Positions 10,234-20,831 of a DNA stretch of 64,000 bases are shown here, in pieces; within the stretch, counting starts at the first letter, position 1; the number at the start of each line of letters is the position of its first letter. Position numbers and translations under genes: made by a program. Origin of the DNA: an uncultured bacterium (GTDB lineage: Bacteria; Bacteroidota; Rhodothermia; Rhodothermales; UBA10348); NCBI GenBank assembly GCA_938018055.1, contig CALIKL010000040.1:14695-78694 (forward strand), in the 5' to 3' direction. The notes under the pieces were generated by a model, which made no database searches, was not told the origin of the DNA, and saw nothing but the letters and a program-made list of their open reading frames with translations.

Positions 10234-11643
10234 TCAATAGGCATTCTCGTTGACGAACCCTTTCCACACGGTCATGAGCATGATTTTAAAATCTAGCCTG
10301 AGCGACCAATTCTGGATGTAGTACAGATCGAACTCAATCCGCTTCTCGATGGACGTGTTGCCCCGCCAGCCATTGACCTGGGCCCAACCTGTAATCCCTG
10401 CCTTCATCTTGTGTCGAAGCATGTATTTCGGAATCTGTCCCCGGAACTGATCAATGAATACCGGGCGCTCCGGACGCGGACCCACGACGGACATGTCACC
10501 TTTCAACACATTGATGAACTGAGGAAGCTCATCCAGCGATGTCTTGCGCAGGAAGGCTCCGACGCGCGTGGCTCTGTTCTCACCGGCTTTTGCCCAGACC
10601 GCCCCTGTAGATTTTTCCGTGCCAACCGGCATGGAACGGAATTTCAACATATCGAACGTCTGACCATTCAAACCCATGCGCTCCTGTCGGTAAAAGACGG
10701 GTCCGCGGGAAGATAATTTGACAGCCAGCGCGATGAGAAGAAGGAGGGGGGACGTGACGAGCAAGAGGACGGTGGAAAAGGCCACATCCATCATGCGCTT
10801 CACAGCTCGGCGAAAATCGAGCGGAGCTTCGTCGATCATGTGGATGACCGGAAGTCCACCTATGTCGGTGATCCGACTGTTCAGAATATTCAGGTGGAAC
10901 AGGTCGGGTACCAGGCAAACGTGCGCCAGTCGGGTGGACATTTCGTTGGCCAATTCCGTAATGCGCCCGGTCGCCGATATCGGCAAAGCGATATACACGT
11001 ACTGCACGGGCGTGCCTTCTTCTTCGAACCGATCGAGTACCTGCCCAAGATCCTTCGTCGTTCCGATTACCTCCGGATCGTCTGCCTTGGCATCATCCAG
11101 GAATCCAACCGTATCGAATCCCATCCAGGGATACTGTCGAAACGAGTCTTCCAGCCTCCGGCCGATGCGCCCGGCACCGATAATCAGGACGCGGCGCATG
11201 AATCTGCCCTGGCTTCGACCCCGTTTCAAGAAGGCCAAAATGGCCAATCGCAGCAGGACCAGCAACAACGGCATGTACAAGCCGAAGAGCAGCATGTGCA
11301 AGCGGGAGAAGTAGAAAGCCCTGTAGAAGGAGGTGGCAGCCGCAGCAAACAGGATTCCGATGGCGATGGCCTTGCCCACGGTGTAAATGAGCGTGGACAT
11401 GCGCTGGGCTCGATCTGGCACGTAAAGGCCTGAAGCCCAGAAGACCAGCATGGATAGAATGATCACCCATGGCAAGAACCGGGTGTACATCGAAAGCGGC
11501 AGCCACTCTGGAAGCGGAAAAATGTCGAGCAGGGGAAACAGCTCGAACCGCGTGTAATAGGCCAAAATCCAACTGACGACAACGATCAATGCATCCGCAA
11601 AGAATAGAAGTCGTTGGAAAAGTCGGCTCTGCTCCTGCAGCAT
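10234..11643 (-). CDS. polyprenyl-phosphate glycosylphosphotransferase (WbaP/WcaJ-type initiating sugar transferase)
   Basis: N-terminal TM bundle, Rossmann-like RVLIIGAGRIGRRL, and the Bac_transf core GPVFYRQERMG...SLDELPQFINVLKGDMSVVGPRPERP...AGITGWAQVNG...NWSLRLDFKIM. Confidence 0.85.
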   Translation of the reverse strand: MLQEQSRLFQRLLFFADALIVVVSWILAYYTRFELFPLLDIFPLPEWLPLSMYTRFLPWVIILSMLVFWASGLYVPDRAQRMSTLIYTVGKAIAIGILFAAAATSFYRAFYFSRLHMLLFGLYMPLLLVLLRLAILAFLKRGRSQGRFMRRVLIIGAGRIGRRLEDSFRQYPWMGFDTVGFLDDAKADDPEVIGTTKDLGQVLDRFEEEGTPVQYVYIALPISATGRITELANEMSTRLAHVCLVPDLFHLNILNSRITDIGGLPVIHMIDEAPLDFRRAVKRMMDVAFSTVLLLVTSPLLLLIALAVKLSSRGPVFYRQERMGLNGQTFDMLKFRSMPVGTEKSTGAVWAKAGENRATRVGAFLRKTSLDELPQFINVLKGDMSVVGPRPERPVFIDQFRGQIPKYMLRHKMKAGITGWAQVNGWRGNTSIEKRIEFDLYYIQNWSLRLDFKIMLMTVWKGFVNENAY

Positions 11644-11724
11644 AGTGGGTTACGATAAGATGGGAAACGTGGTAACCGTGTTCGGGGAGCAGTTGGATTG
11701 GTGGGAGGAGGCAGTGGGAAGAAT

Positions 11725-11750
11725 GAGGGCGCGGAAGGTTCCGCTCCCTC
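11725..11750 (-). terminator. possible intrinsic terminator after the accA-thioesterase pair
   Basis: On the minus strand, directly after the thioesterase stop: GAGGGAGCGG-AACCTT-CCGCGCCCTC (10-bp stem, one mismatch), followed by ATTCTTCCC. The U-tract is weak. Confidence 0.3.
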
Positions 11751-11753
11751 GCC

Positions 11754-12161
11754 TCATAGAAGCAGTTTGGTGACTTTCTCAGGCGCCCGAACGGGACGGC
11801 CCCTTACCGGATCGAGAAAAGCCAGGTCGACCCGCCCCGTAGCCAATACATGTTCGTCTCTTTCACGCAATATCCGGTAGTGGCAACTGATGCGCACCGT
11901 CGATGCGGAGAGTTCGGGAATGGTTTCGACGATGATCTCCTCATCGTACCTGGCTGGATGTTTGTAGTCAATCTCCAGGTGTGTTACCGGCAGGCTAATG
12001 CCGCTCTCTTCAATTTCCTTGTAAGGTACGCCTGCATCGCGAAGCGCCTCGGTTCGGGCGTACTCGAACCAGTCCAGGTAGTGGACATGATAGGCGATCC
12101 CCATGGGGTCACATTCCCTGAAACGGACACGATGCCGGAATCGATGCGGTGTAAGAGCCAT
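11754..12161 (-). CDS. acyl-CoA thioesterase, YbgC/4HBT hotdog family
   Basis: FRHRVRFRECDPMGIAYHVHYLDWFEYARTEALRDAG is the typical YbgC-type N-terminal signature. Confidence 0.8.
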   Translation of the reverse strand: MALTPHRFRHRVRFRECDPMGIAYHVHYLDWFEYARTEALRDAGVPYKEIEESGISLPVTHLEIDYKHPARYDEEIIVETIPELSASTVRISCHYRILRERDEHVLATGRVDLAFLDPVRGRPVRAPEKVTKLLL

Positions 12162-12179
12162 AGATCGTCAATTGATGCT

Positions 12180-13175
12180 TCAGACCGTTTCAAACGGCCC
12201 CATAGCATCATATTTCGCCAAACGACCGTCCATCAGCTCCTGAGCCGAAAGCTTTTGCAACTGTTTCAGGTGCGTCATGATGGCGGTGCCCATAGCGTCC
12301 GATGTGGCCTTCGAGTCATGGTGTGCTCCGCCACGTGGTTCACTGATGATGTCATCGACGATACCCTGCTCAACCAGGTCTGGAGCCGTTAGCTTGAGGG
12401 CCCTTGCGGCTTCTTCCTTGAAGTCCCAGGACCGCCAAAGAATAGCTGAACAGTTTTCGGGGGAAATCACCGAGTACCAGGCATTTTCGAGCATGAGTAG
12501 TCGGTCTCCCACGCCAATTCCAAGCGCACCGCCCGAGGCACCTTCGCCAATCACTACGACGATGATCGGGACGGGCATGCGTGCCATTTCCAGCAGGTTC
12601 TTTGCAATTGCCTCGGCTTGACCCCGTTCTTCGGCTTCCTGACCCGGGAAAGCACCAGGGGTATCCAACAACGTGATGATGGGCTTGTTGAACCGTGCAG
12701 CCATCTGCATCATCCTCAAGGCCTTGCGGTATCCCTCAGGATTTGGCATACCAAACCGGCGATACTTTCGGCTTTTGGTGTCGCGTCCTTTCTGATGCCC
12801 AAGGATCATGACCGATTGATCCTTTCCGCCGTAGCGGGATCCTTTGAAGGTTGCGAATCCACCGACAATGGCCGGATCGTCGCCAAAGAGACGATCGCCA
12901 TGCAACTCCACGAAACCCTCCGTCATATTCTCAATGTGATCGAGCGTGTAAGGACGATCAGGATGCCGAGCGATCTGCACACGCTGCCAGCGGGTCAGGT
13001 TTTGATAGATCGAAGTACGAAGCTCCTCGACCCGCTTTTCCAGGTCACGGATGGAGTTCTCCAGATCCTTTCCCGTGTCTTCGTTCCGGATGGAGCGCAT
13101 CTCTTCGAGCTTTGATTCCAGCTCGAAAAGAGGCTTTTCGAAGTCAAGCAATTGCGATTTGGGAGACGCCGGCAT
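12180..13175 (-). CDS. accA: acetyl-CoA carboxylase carboxyltransferase subunit alpha
   Basis: [59 protein letters not shown]. Confidence 0.92.
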   Translation of the reverse strand: MPASPKSQLLDFEKPLFELESKLEEMRSIRNEDTGKDLENSIRDLEKRVEELRTSIYQNLTRWQRVQIARHPDRPYTLDHIENMTEGFVELHGDRLFGDDPAIVGGFATFKGSRYGGKDQSVMILGHQKGRDTKSRKYRRFGMPNPEGYRKALRMMQMAARFNKPIITLLDTPGAFPGQEAEERGQAEAIAKNLLEMARMPVPIIVVVIGEGASGGALGIGVGDRLLMLENAWYSVISPENCSAILWRSWDFKEEAARALKLTAPDLVEQGIVDDIISEPRGGAHHDSKATSDAMGTAIMTHLKQLQKLSAQELMDGRLAKYDAMGPFETV

Positions 13176-13223
13176 GCGCGTGGGTGAGTTGGTGGAAGGT
13201 CCGACGGAACGTCGCTGGCCAGC

Positions 13224-15269
13224 TTACGGAATACGGGGTGCCGTGAATCCAGCCAGAATGATGGCAATATCGAGGGTCGGGCCCTGGTGGGTAAGATACT
13301 GCCAAGCCGTCCTGAGCAAGTCCTCGTCCTCCAACTCCTCAGCGGAAAGGGAGTTCGAGACTGGGAAAAGACCCAGGGGCATACCCCAGTTGGCCGGAAT
13401 CAATTGGCTCATGTGTTCCGAGGCGCCGACCAGGGATCGGGTCCCCGCAAATACTGCGGGCAGCCCCGTCAACAGAGCGACCCCTCGTCGCAGGCCGGAA
13501 GTGCGCCGGGTACCTCGGCTGACCAACCAGAGGAACGGGAGCAACAGGGTAAGCAGACAGGCACCGGTCACATCAAAAGCCTTCCGAGCGAAGGGCGAGC
13601 GCAGTTGAATGACCTCTGGCGGCTTTCCGTCCAGCGTCCCTGCTGTGAGGTGGTTGATGGTTGCCTTTCCAATAATGTGGTCGCCCCCGATACTCAGGAT
13701 CCGGAACTGCACATTCAAATCCCGGAGGACTTCCATATGATTCATGATGTCCTGATTGCTGACATCCCGGGCGGCGAACACGATATCGTCGTAACCGCGG
13801 ATACGAACCAGGTCCCGAAGCCCTGAAGGTCGGCCAATGTGCGGAAGCGACGCGTCGTTTTCGTGGGACTCCTCATTTCCAACAAATCCTTTCAACTGGA
13901 ATTCCGGACGCGGATGCGAGGCCATCAGTCGACGCAGCCGGTCAGCTTCCTGGGCACTTCCCACCAGAAGAGCGGTGCGTCCTGCGAGACGCTCGCGGGT
14001 GGACAGGAATCGCCAGAGCGACAGAACCAGTGCAGAAAGCGGAAGGCTGGTCAGCAATGCGAATCGGGAAAAAGCGATCTGCTGGACGAAAAAGGACAAG
14101 GCGGCGACCAGGAAAAAGCCGGTCAGCAGTCCAATGAAGACGGGAAGCAGGGGATGCCTGCGGGCTCTGTCGTATCCGCCGCTGGCTGCTATGCCGACCA
14201 CGCTCAGAATGGCAAAGGCCGGTGCGACGGTTGCCAGAAAAAACGTAGTGAATGTGCCTCCCGTCTGGGCATAGCGCAGAACTCCCATCAGGGCGGTAGC
14301 GCCGAAAATACCGGCCAGGTCCACCACCGGGGGAAGTACGCGTCGGAAGACATTGCCAACCAGCGTAAGAAAGGCCCTGAACATGATGGCAAGGCGCAGC
14401 GCAGAGGCCAGGAATGTGGAGTGCTGCTCCTGGAGGTGCTTCTCGATGAAAAGGAGCATGGCACCGTAAAAGAGGCGGACATACCGGATTTCTCCCTTCT
14501 TAGTGCTTTCTCCCTTGTAATGAATGATGCGGGTGTCCGGCGTATACCAAATGGACCACCCTGCCTGCTGGATTCGGAAGCACAGGTCCAGATCTTCTCC
14601 GTACATGAAGAAGTCCTCGTCGAACATTCCGGCGCCGCGAGGGCCGATCAGGGCCTCGCGGCGCGTCATCATGCACGATCCGCTCAGTGCATCCACTTCG
14701 TTGGCTTCATCCACGGGCAGATACGTCATATTGTATCCGCCAAATCGCCGACTCGATGGAAACAGCCTGCCCAGGCCAGTCATGCGCCAGAAGGCAATCT
14801 GAGGAGTTGGGAAAGCGCGCCGGCTCTCGGGGGCAAATGTGCCGTCCGGGTTCAGGATCTGGCAGCCCAACGCGCCACAGTCCGGACGCGTTCGCATGAA
14901 CGCCACCATGTGATCCAGGGTATCTTCCTGGACAATGGTATCCGGATTCAGAATGAACACAAATTCACCCTTGCTCTGCCGAATTGCCTGATTGTTGGCG
15001 GTACCAAATCCTGCATTATTCTCATTGGCAATCAGGCGAACATCCGGAAAGTCTCTCCGAAGCGTCTCCACCGAATCATCGATCGAGTTGTTGTCCACGA
15101 CCCAGATTTCGCAGGTCAGGTTGCGCGACGCTTGCTGCACCGAGCGAATGGCCTGTACCAGGAATTCGCAAACGTTATAGTTCACGATGACCACAGAGAC
15201 GTCCACGGCCGGAGCTGCGGATGCCGGGGCATCGGAGGATGCTATTTCATCTTGCAAAGGACGAGTCAT
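13224..15269 (-). CDS. family-2 glycosyltransferase fused to a membrane PGT-like (WbaP-like) scaffold lacking catalytic motifs
   Basis: The N-terminus is GT2 (VSVVIVNYNVCEFL, VVDNNSIDDS). The C-terminal ~420 aa is colinear with the 10234..11643 protein, but the DELPQ segment is missing and PRP is replaced by GAS (see finding). Confidence 0.75.
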   Translation of the reverse strand: MTRPLQDEIASSDAPASAAPAVDVSVVIVNYNVCEFLVQAIRSVQQASRNLTCEIWVVDNNSIDDSVETLRRDFPDVRLIANENNAGFGTANNQAIRQSKGEFVFILNPDTIVQEDTLDHMVAFMRTRPDCGALGCQILNPDGTFAPESRRAFPTPQIAFWRMTGLGRLFPSSRRFGGYNMTYLPVDEANEVDALSGSCMMTRREALIGPRGAGMFDEDFFMYGEDLDLCFRIQQAGWSIWYTPDTRIIHYKGESTKKGEIRYVRLFYGAMLLFIEKHLQEQHSTFLASALRLAIMFRAFLTLVGNVFRRVLPPVVDLAGIFGATALMGVLRYAQTGGTFTTFFLATVAPAFAILSVVGIAASGGYDRARRHPLLPVFIGLLTGFFLVAALSFFVQQIAFSRFALLTSLPLSALVLSLWRFLSTRERLAGRTALLVGSAQEADRLRRLMASHPRPEFQLKGFVGNEESHENDASLPHIGRPSGLRDLVRIRGYDDIVFAARDVSNQDIMNHMEVLRDLNVQFRILSIGGDHIIGKATINHLTAGTLDGKPPEVIQLRSPFARKAFDVTGACLLTLLLPFLWLVSRGTRRTSGLRRGVALLTGLPAVFAGTRSLVGASEHMSQLIPANWGMPLGLFPVSNSLSAEELEDEDLLRTAWQYLTHQGPTLDIAIILAGFTAPRIP

Positions 15270-15360
15270 GAAATGACAGCGAGGTCGTCACAGCAGTGGA
15301 GAGAAGAAGCCGCAGCAAGGTCACCTTTCAAGAGAACTGCGGATCGGGCCGCAAAGATAC

Positions 15361-16791
15361 GTGAAATCCGCTTGGCGGCCTGACCCACACCCCCTATCAT
15401 CCCGGGCCCTGATCCCGAAATGCCCTGCAGACTTGTCCCTGATTCTATCATACCGGAAAGAAGCCCGTGCTACGTTGGTCTTGGCGCTGCCCATCGTCGT
15501 GACGCAGTTGGCCCATATTTCCCTTGGGTTCGTTGATACCGTTATGGTGGGTCGCCTGGGACCCGAATCCCTGGCAGGGGTTGCACTGGGGAACACCATT
15601 TTTTTCAATGCCCTGATTTTTTGCATGGGCATGTTGATGGCCGTTGGGCCCTTGGTGTCACAGGCCTTTGGTGCAGAAGATGATGATGCAATCGGACGAA
15701 GTGTCCGTCAGGGACTCTGGCTTTCGGGCATATTGGGGCTTGTCGCTTTCCTCGTCGTTTATAACGGCGAGACCATTCTGCGCTGGTTGGGGCAGTCGGA
15801 GGCCAATGTCCAGCGTGCGGGAGCGTATCTGAGAGCCATCGCTTGGGGTATTTTCCCATTTCTCGGCATGGTTGCCCTGCGATCGTTTGCCGAGGCCGTT
15901 TCCCGGCCGCGAGCCGTCACTGCGATCGTACTGAGTGGCGTTCTTGTCAACATTGCCCTCAACTGGGTCCTGATGTTCGGAAAGCTCGGTTTTCCCGAAC
16001 TCGGTCTGGTGGGTACGGGATGGGCTTCTACCGGTGTATACACCTTTAATTTTCTTTTGCTGGCTGGCTGGGTGCTCAAGCAGTCTGATTTTGCCCGGTA
16101 TCACATTTTTTCGCGACTGTCCCGGCCGGATCCCCAAATGTTCAAGGAGCTGTTTCGCATTGGATACCCGATCGGGGCCTCCATGGGCATCGAGATGTCT
16201 TTGTTCATGCTGACGGTTGTGATGATGGGTTGGATCGGAACCACGGAGCTTGCGGCACATCAGGTGGCTATTCAATGTGCAGCTTTCACATTCATGGTGC
16301 CGCTTGGAATTGGGATGGCGTCGTCTGTCCGAGTCGGACAGGCAGTTGGCAAGCGTGAGGCTGAAGGCGCCTGGCGAGCCGGGTTGACAGGTATTGGATT
16401 GTCCGCCAGCTTCATGGCCATCACCGCCCTGCTCTTCTTGACGTTTCCGCGGCAGATTGTCGGATTATATCTGGACCTGTCCGAACCGGCCAACCTGGAG
16501 GTTATCACGATGGCTGTCCAACTGCTCTTTTTTGCAGCGGTCTTTCAGGTAGTCGATGGGGTCCAGGTGGCCGTGATGGGGGCTCTGCGCGGAATGAAGG
16601 ACACGTATCAGCCGATGATCCTGTCGGTTCTTTCCTACTGGGGAGTCGGTTTGATTTCAGGGTATCTGCTGGCCTTCAAGGCCGGTCTTGCGGAGAAGGG
16701 TCTCTGGATCGGACTGGTTCTGGGTTTGGCCTGCGCGGCGGTCCTTCTGATGATCCGGTTTACCCGGTTGAGCAGAACAAAGACCTCATAA
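15361..16791 (+). CDS. MATE family efflux transporter
   Basis: LALPIVVTQLAHISLGFVDTVMVGRLG and a 12-TM two-fold repeat profile. The first ~30 codons of the listed GTG-started ORF are doubtful, so the true start is probably downstream. Confidence 0.85.
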   Translation: MKSAWRPDPHPLSSRALIPKCPADLSLILSYRKEARATLVLALPIVVTQLAHISLGFVDTVMVGRLGPESLAGVALGNTIFFNALIFCMGMLMAVGPLVSQAFGAEDDDAIGRSVRQGLWLSGILGLVAFLVVYNGETILRWLGQSEANVQRAGAYLRAIAWGIFPFLGMVALRSFAEAVSRPRAVTAIVLSGVLVNIALNWVLMFGKLGFPELGLVGTGWASTGVYTFNFLLLAGWVLKQSDFARYHIFSRLSRPDPQMFKELFRIGYPIGASMGIEMSLFMLTVVMMGWIGTTELAAHQVAIQCAAFTFMVPLGIGMASSVRVGQAVGKREAEGAWRAGLTGIGLSASFMAITALLFLTFPRQIVGLYLDLSEPANLEVITMAVQLLFFAAVFQVVDGVQVAVMGALRGMKDTYQPMILSVLSYWGVGLISGYLLAFKAGLAEKGLWIGLVLGLACAAVLLMIRFTRLSRTKTS

Positions 16792-16987
16792 CCCAATCCA
16801 GTGCAGACACTTCTGGACCGACCCTTACGGGGAGTCCCCTACACACATTGGTATAAAAGGGCCTTCTAGTTGAAAACTTTCCAGCCTATTCCTCCTAAAT
16901 TCAACAGGTCTGAACTTCTATGGCGATGCGCGGATCGTTAAGTTTCGGAGTTCTGTGATTCCACACCATTGACAGACCTTTCCCGGG

Positions 16988-17635
16988 ATGCCTCAGATAT
17001 TCCCCCGAAAGGCGAACGTACTGCCCCATCTTACCCTAGCCGGGTCACTGGCGGGCGGTGTCTTCGCCATATTTTTCATCTGGTACTTCTTTTCGCCAGA
17101 ATACACGGACGTCGGATACGCTCCTGAACAGCCGGTTGAGTACAGTCACCGGCTTCATGCGGGCGAACTGGGCATCAGTTGCCAATATTGCCACACGAAC
17201 GTCAAAGACGCGGCTCACTCCAATGTCCCGGCTACGCAGACGTGTATGAACTGCCACAGCCAGATCCGTACCGAGTCGCTGAAGCTTCTACCGGTACGGG
17301 AAAGCTGGGCGACCGGTAATTCCATTGAGTGGGTCAAGGTGCACAAGCTCCCGGACTACGCCCAGTTCAGCCATGCTGTCCATACCAACAATGGCGTGGG
17401 TTGTGAGAGCTGCCACGGTCGTATCGACCAAATGGAAGTAGTCTTCCAGGCCGAACCGCTCTCGATGGGCTGGTGTCTGGAGTGTCATCGTGCCCCAGAA
17501 CAGTATCTGCGTCCGAATGACGAGATCACCACCATGGGGTATGAATACCCGAATGACTTCGTAGAGCAGAACCTTGAGCGTATCAACGCTGAAGACATTC
17601 AGCCTCCCACCAACTGCTCAGCCTGTCACTATTGA
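16988..17635 (+). CDS. actA: alternative complex III subunit ActA (pentaheme cytochrome c)
   Basis: N-terminal TM anchor plus five CxxCH motifs: CQYCH, CMNCH, CESCH, CLECH, CSACH. It is the first gene of the act cluster. Confidence 0.85.
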   Translation: MPQIFPRKANVLPHLTLAGSLAGGVFAIFFIWYFFSPEYTDVGYAPEQPVEYSHRLHAGELGISCQYCHTNVKDAAHSNVPATQTCMNCHSQIRTESLKLLPVRESWATGNSIEWVKVHKLPDYAQFSHAVHTNNGVGCESCHGRIDQMEVVFQAEPLSMGWCLECHRAPEQYLRPNDEITTMGYEYPNDFVEQNLERINAEDIQPPTNCSACHY

Positions 17636-17679
17636 TCGGCGTGATCGCCTGAAGCGACTGCACACCGAAATACATTATC

Positions 17680-20600
17680 ATGATCGAGCTTCCTGTACTT
17701 GACGACAGCCCGGAACAGGGTGACAAACCCCGCAACCGGTTCTGGCGCAGCATCAGCCACCTGGAAGGATCCCAGGATTTCAGTGAGATGAACGCTGGGG
17801 AGTTTCTCCCCGGAGCATCCAATGGCCCTGCCACCGAAGGAAACGGAGGAGCAACACGCCGTCAATTCATCCAGTTGATGGGTGCGTCGATGGCCATGGC
17901 CGGTCTTACGGCGTGTCGTAAACCGGTTGAGACGATTGTCCCTTACGTCCGGCAGCCCGAAGACCGCGTGGAGGGCGTCCCCGTACAGTATGCCACGTCC
18001 ATGCCGTTTCGCGGCACGCTCCGCCCGCTCCTCGTTGAAAGTTTCGATGGTCGTCCAACGAAAGTGGAAGGCAACTCTGAGCATCCTGACAGCTCCGGCG
18101 CAACACACCTTTTTGAGCAGGCGTCCGTTCTTTCCCTTTACGACCCGGATCGACTGGGTACCGTTCGTCATGATGGTGCTGTCTCCGACTGGAGAGCCTT
18201 TCGTGAGGCCGTATCCAACCTCCCGACCTCTGCCAGCGTAACCGTCATTGCAGAGCCTTCTTCTTCCATGACGATGGCGGTTGTCCGTCGTCAAATGGAA
18301 CGGCGATTCAATTCCGTGCGGTGGGTCGACTACCACGGAACGGTAGGTAACAACGCGGCACAGGGACTTCGCGCGGCACTCGGCCGCTCGGTTCGGGCCA
18401 AGCATAATCTTGCAGCTGCCCGCGTGATTGTCAGCCTCGATGCAGATCTGTTTGGCTCTGCTGCCATGGATTCGGTGTCAGCAGCCGCTGGTTTTGCCGC
18501 CGGTCGCGATCCAGAATCGGATATGGGCATGAACCGTCTGTATGTCGTGGAGAGTGGCTATTCCATCACAGGAGGTATGGCGGATCATCGCCTTCGCCTC
18601 AAGTCGTCTGAAGTCACTTCGTTCGCAGCGGCTTTGGCCGCTGAGCTCGGTGCCTGGTCAGGCGATGCGGGTTTGCACGCCTCCCACGAGTGGGTTTCTG
18701 CGGTAGCCGCCGATCTGCAGTCAGCCGGAAGCAACGCGCTGGTTGTAGCGGGTGATCACCAGCCTGCAGGCGTCCACGCGCTGGCCGCCGCAATGAACAG
18801 TGCGCTTGGGGCCGTTGGTACAACCATTACCTATCTGGACAACGATGATTCTTCGGACGATGCATCTGCAGCGCTCGAAGCAGCGGTTGCCGACATGGCT
18901 GCCGGTAATGTCGATATCGTCCTGACGCTTGGCGTCAACCCCGTTTATGACCACCCCGCTTTCGGTGAAGCCTATGCGGGCGTCCCAACCCGAATCCATC
19001 AGGGGATGTACCTCGATGAGACCGCGGTTGCAGCATCTTGGGTAGTACCTCAGACTCACTATCTGGAAGCTTGGGGCGATGGAACGAGCCATAGCGGCAT
19101 CCCAGGTGTCATCCAGCCACTGATTGCTCCGCTGTATGCAGACGCCCACTCCGACATCGAGGTGGTAGGACTGTTTGCCACCGGAACCGAGATGCCCGGC
19201 TATGAGATGGTTCGTGCTACGTGGCGCTCCCAGCTGGGCGGGTCATTCGAAAGCGCATGGCGCCGCGTCGTTCACGACGGATTTGGCTCTGGCGGCGGAT
19301 TTTCGACTGCCCGGGTTTCGGTCTCTGCCGCAGGTGTACGTGCGGCATTGGACGGTGCCAATTTCTCAGGTACAGATGGCATTGAGGTGGTTGTAACGCC
19401 CGACACCAAAGTATTTGATGGTCGATACGCCAACAATGCCTGGTTACAGGAGCTGCCGGATCCTACCACAAAAGTGGTTTGGGACAACGTGGCCTTGATG
19501 AACCCGGCCACAGCTGAGAAGCTTGGCGTAAGCGCCAAACTCAACGCCGGCAAGTACTACGCCGACGTCGTCAATATTGAAGCAGCTGGCTACTCTGTCG
19601 AGCTTCCCGTCTGGATTCAGCCGGGTATGGCCGATGATTCGGTGCACGTTTCGCTCGGATACGGTCGTGAGATCGTTAGCGAGCGCGAAGAGCGTTCCAC
19701 GAATTTCTTTGATCTCGACGACTACACGGACGTCTACGGGAAGGGCGCCATTTCTACCGGAGTCGGAGCCAATTCAGCAGCATTGGCTGTTGGCGGATAT
19801 ATCGTGTCGGCAACAGCGAGCAAATCCGGCGAAGGGTACATGGTTGCCTCAACGCAGGATCACGGCGCTATCGATGCCCCGCATGTTGGGGAAGAAGTGA
19901 AAAGCCGCGGCCTGTTCCGAATGGCGACAGTAGAGGAGTATCGCTCCAACCCGGACTTTGTCAAAGGAGGCGATCCTGCGCCGCTGAAGGAAGATTGGGA
20001 AGATTACCCCACGTTGTGGGAGGCCAATCACCCGAAGGGCTCAGAGGAGATGACCTCCTCGAATTACCACGACAACCAGTGGGGGATGGTCATTGACCTC
20101 AATACCTGCACGGGTTGTAATGCCTGTGTTGTTGCCTGTCAGGCAGAAAACAACATACAGGTCGTCGGTAAGGAGGAAGTATCCCGGGGTCGCGAAATGC
20201 ACTGGCTGCGACTTGATCGATACTTCGTCTCTGGGGATGGTTCTTCCTATGAAGACCCTCAGATGGTCATCCAGCCTATGCCGTGTCAGCACTGTGAGAA
20301 CGCTCCTTGTGAGCAGGTATGTCCAGTTGCAGCTACGGTGCATTCGCCAGATGGCACCAACCAGATGATCTACAACCGTTGCATCGGGACGCGCTATTGC
20401 GCAAACAACTGCCCGTTCAAAGTGCGCCGGTTCAACTTCTTCAACTGGACGAAGACACTCCCGGAAACGCTTCACATGGCTTCCAACCCCAACGTCACGG
20501 TTCGTTCTCGTGGGGTCATGGAGAAGTGCTCGTTCTGCATCCAGCGTATTCGCGGCGCCAACAAGGTCGCCAATGTGGAGAACAGAGCAATTGAAGATGG

Positions 20601-20793
20601 GGAAGTCGTAACAGCCTGCCAGCAGGTCTGTCCGGCGAATGCCATCACCTTTGGTGACCTTTCCAATCCCGATAGCGCTGTTTCGCGCCGTCGCGAATCG
20701 GATCGTCGCTACGAGCTGCTCGCCGAGCTCAATGTCAAACCGCGCGTCAGTTACCTGGGTCGGGTCCGCAACCCGAATCCGAACCTGGCCTGA
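17680..20793 (+). CDS. actB: alternative complex III subunit ActB (molybdopterin-oxidoreductase-like domain fused to Fe-S domain)
   Basis: RFWRS leader and Tat motif [21 protein letters not shown]. The C-terminal half carries ferredoxin-type clusters [44 protein letters not shown]. Confidence 0.9.
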   Translation: MIELPVLDDSPEQGDKPRNRFWRSISHLEGSQDFSEMNAGEFLPGASNGPATEGNGGATRRQFIQLMGASMAMAGLTACRKPVETIVPYVRQPEDRVEGVPVQYATSMPFRGTLRPLLVESFDGRPTKVEGNSEHPDSSGATHLFEQASVLSLYDPDRLGTVRHDGAVSDWRAFREAVSNLPTSASVTVIAEPSSSMTMAVVRRQMERRFNSVRWVDYHGTVGNNAAQGLRAALGRSVRAKHNLAAARVIVSLDADLFGSAAMDSVSAAAGFAAGRDPESDMGMNRLYVVESGYSITGGMADHRLRLKSSEVTSFAAALAAELGAWSGDAGLHASHEWVSAVAADLQSAGSNALVVAGDHQPAGVHALAAAMNSALGAVGTTITYLDNDDSSDDASAALEAAVADMAAGNVDIVLTLGVNPVYDHPAFGEAYAGVPTRIHQGMYLDETAVAASWVVPQTHYLEAWGDGTSHSGIPGVIQPLIAPLYADAHSDIEVVGLFATGTEMPGYEMVRATWRSQLGGSFESAWRRVVHDGFGSGGGFSTARVSVSAAGVRAALDGANFSGTDGIEVVVTPDTKVFDGRYANNAWLQELPDPTTKVVWDNVALMNPATAEKLGVSAKLNAGKYYADVVNIEAAGYSVELPVWIQPGMADDSVHVSLGYGREIVSEREERSTNFFDLDDYTDVYGKGAISTGVGANSAALAVGGYIVSATASKSGEGYMVASTQDHGAIDAPHVGEEVKSRGLFRMATVEEYRSNPDFVKGGDPAPLKEDWEDYPTLWEANHPKGSEEMTSSNYHDNQWGMVIDLNTCTGCNACVVACQAENNIQVVGKEEVSRGREMHWLRLDRYFVSGDGSSYEDPQMVIQPMPCQHCENAPCEQVCPVAATVHSPDGTNQMIYNRCIGTRYCANNCPFKVRRFNFFNWTKTLPETLHMASNPNVTVRSRGVMEKCSFCIQRIRGANKVANVENRAIEDGEVVTACQQVCPANAITFGDLSNPDSAVSRRRESDRRYELLAELNVKPRVSYLGRVRNPNPNLA

Positions 20794-20831
20794 TCACCCG
20801 CCCTCAAACGCAACAGAAACACGCCACGCCT

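Noticed and set aside
13839-15383. 514-aa plus-strand ORF, the longest unexplained ORF in the track.
   Set aside because: It lies entirely antisense to the well-supported GT2 fusion gene. The product is Arg/Gly/Gln/His-rich with no motif. This is a typical shadow ORF of a GC-rich coding region.
16870-16901. TTGAAA ... TAAATT upstream of actA, considered as a sigma-70 type promoter.
   Set aside because: The spacer is 20 nt, which is too long. FCB-group promoters also often use a different consensus. This is not supportable without transcript data.
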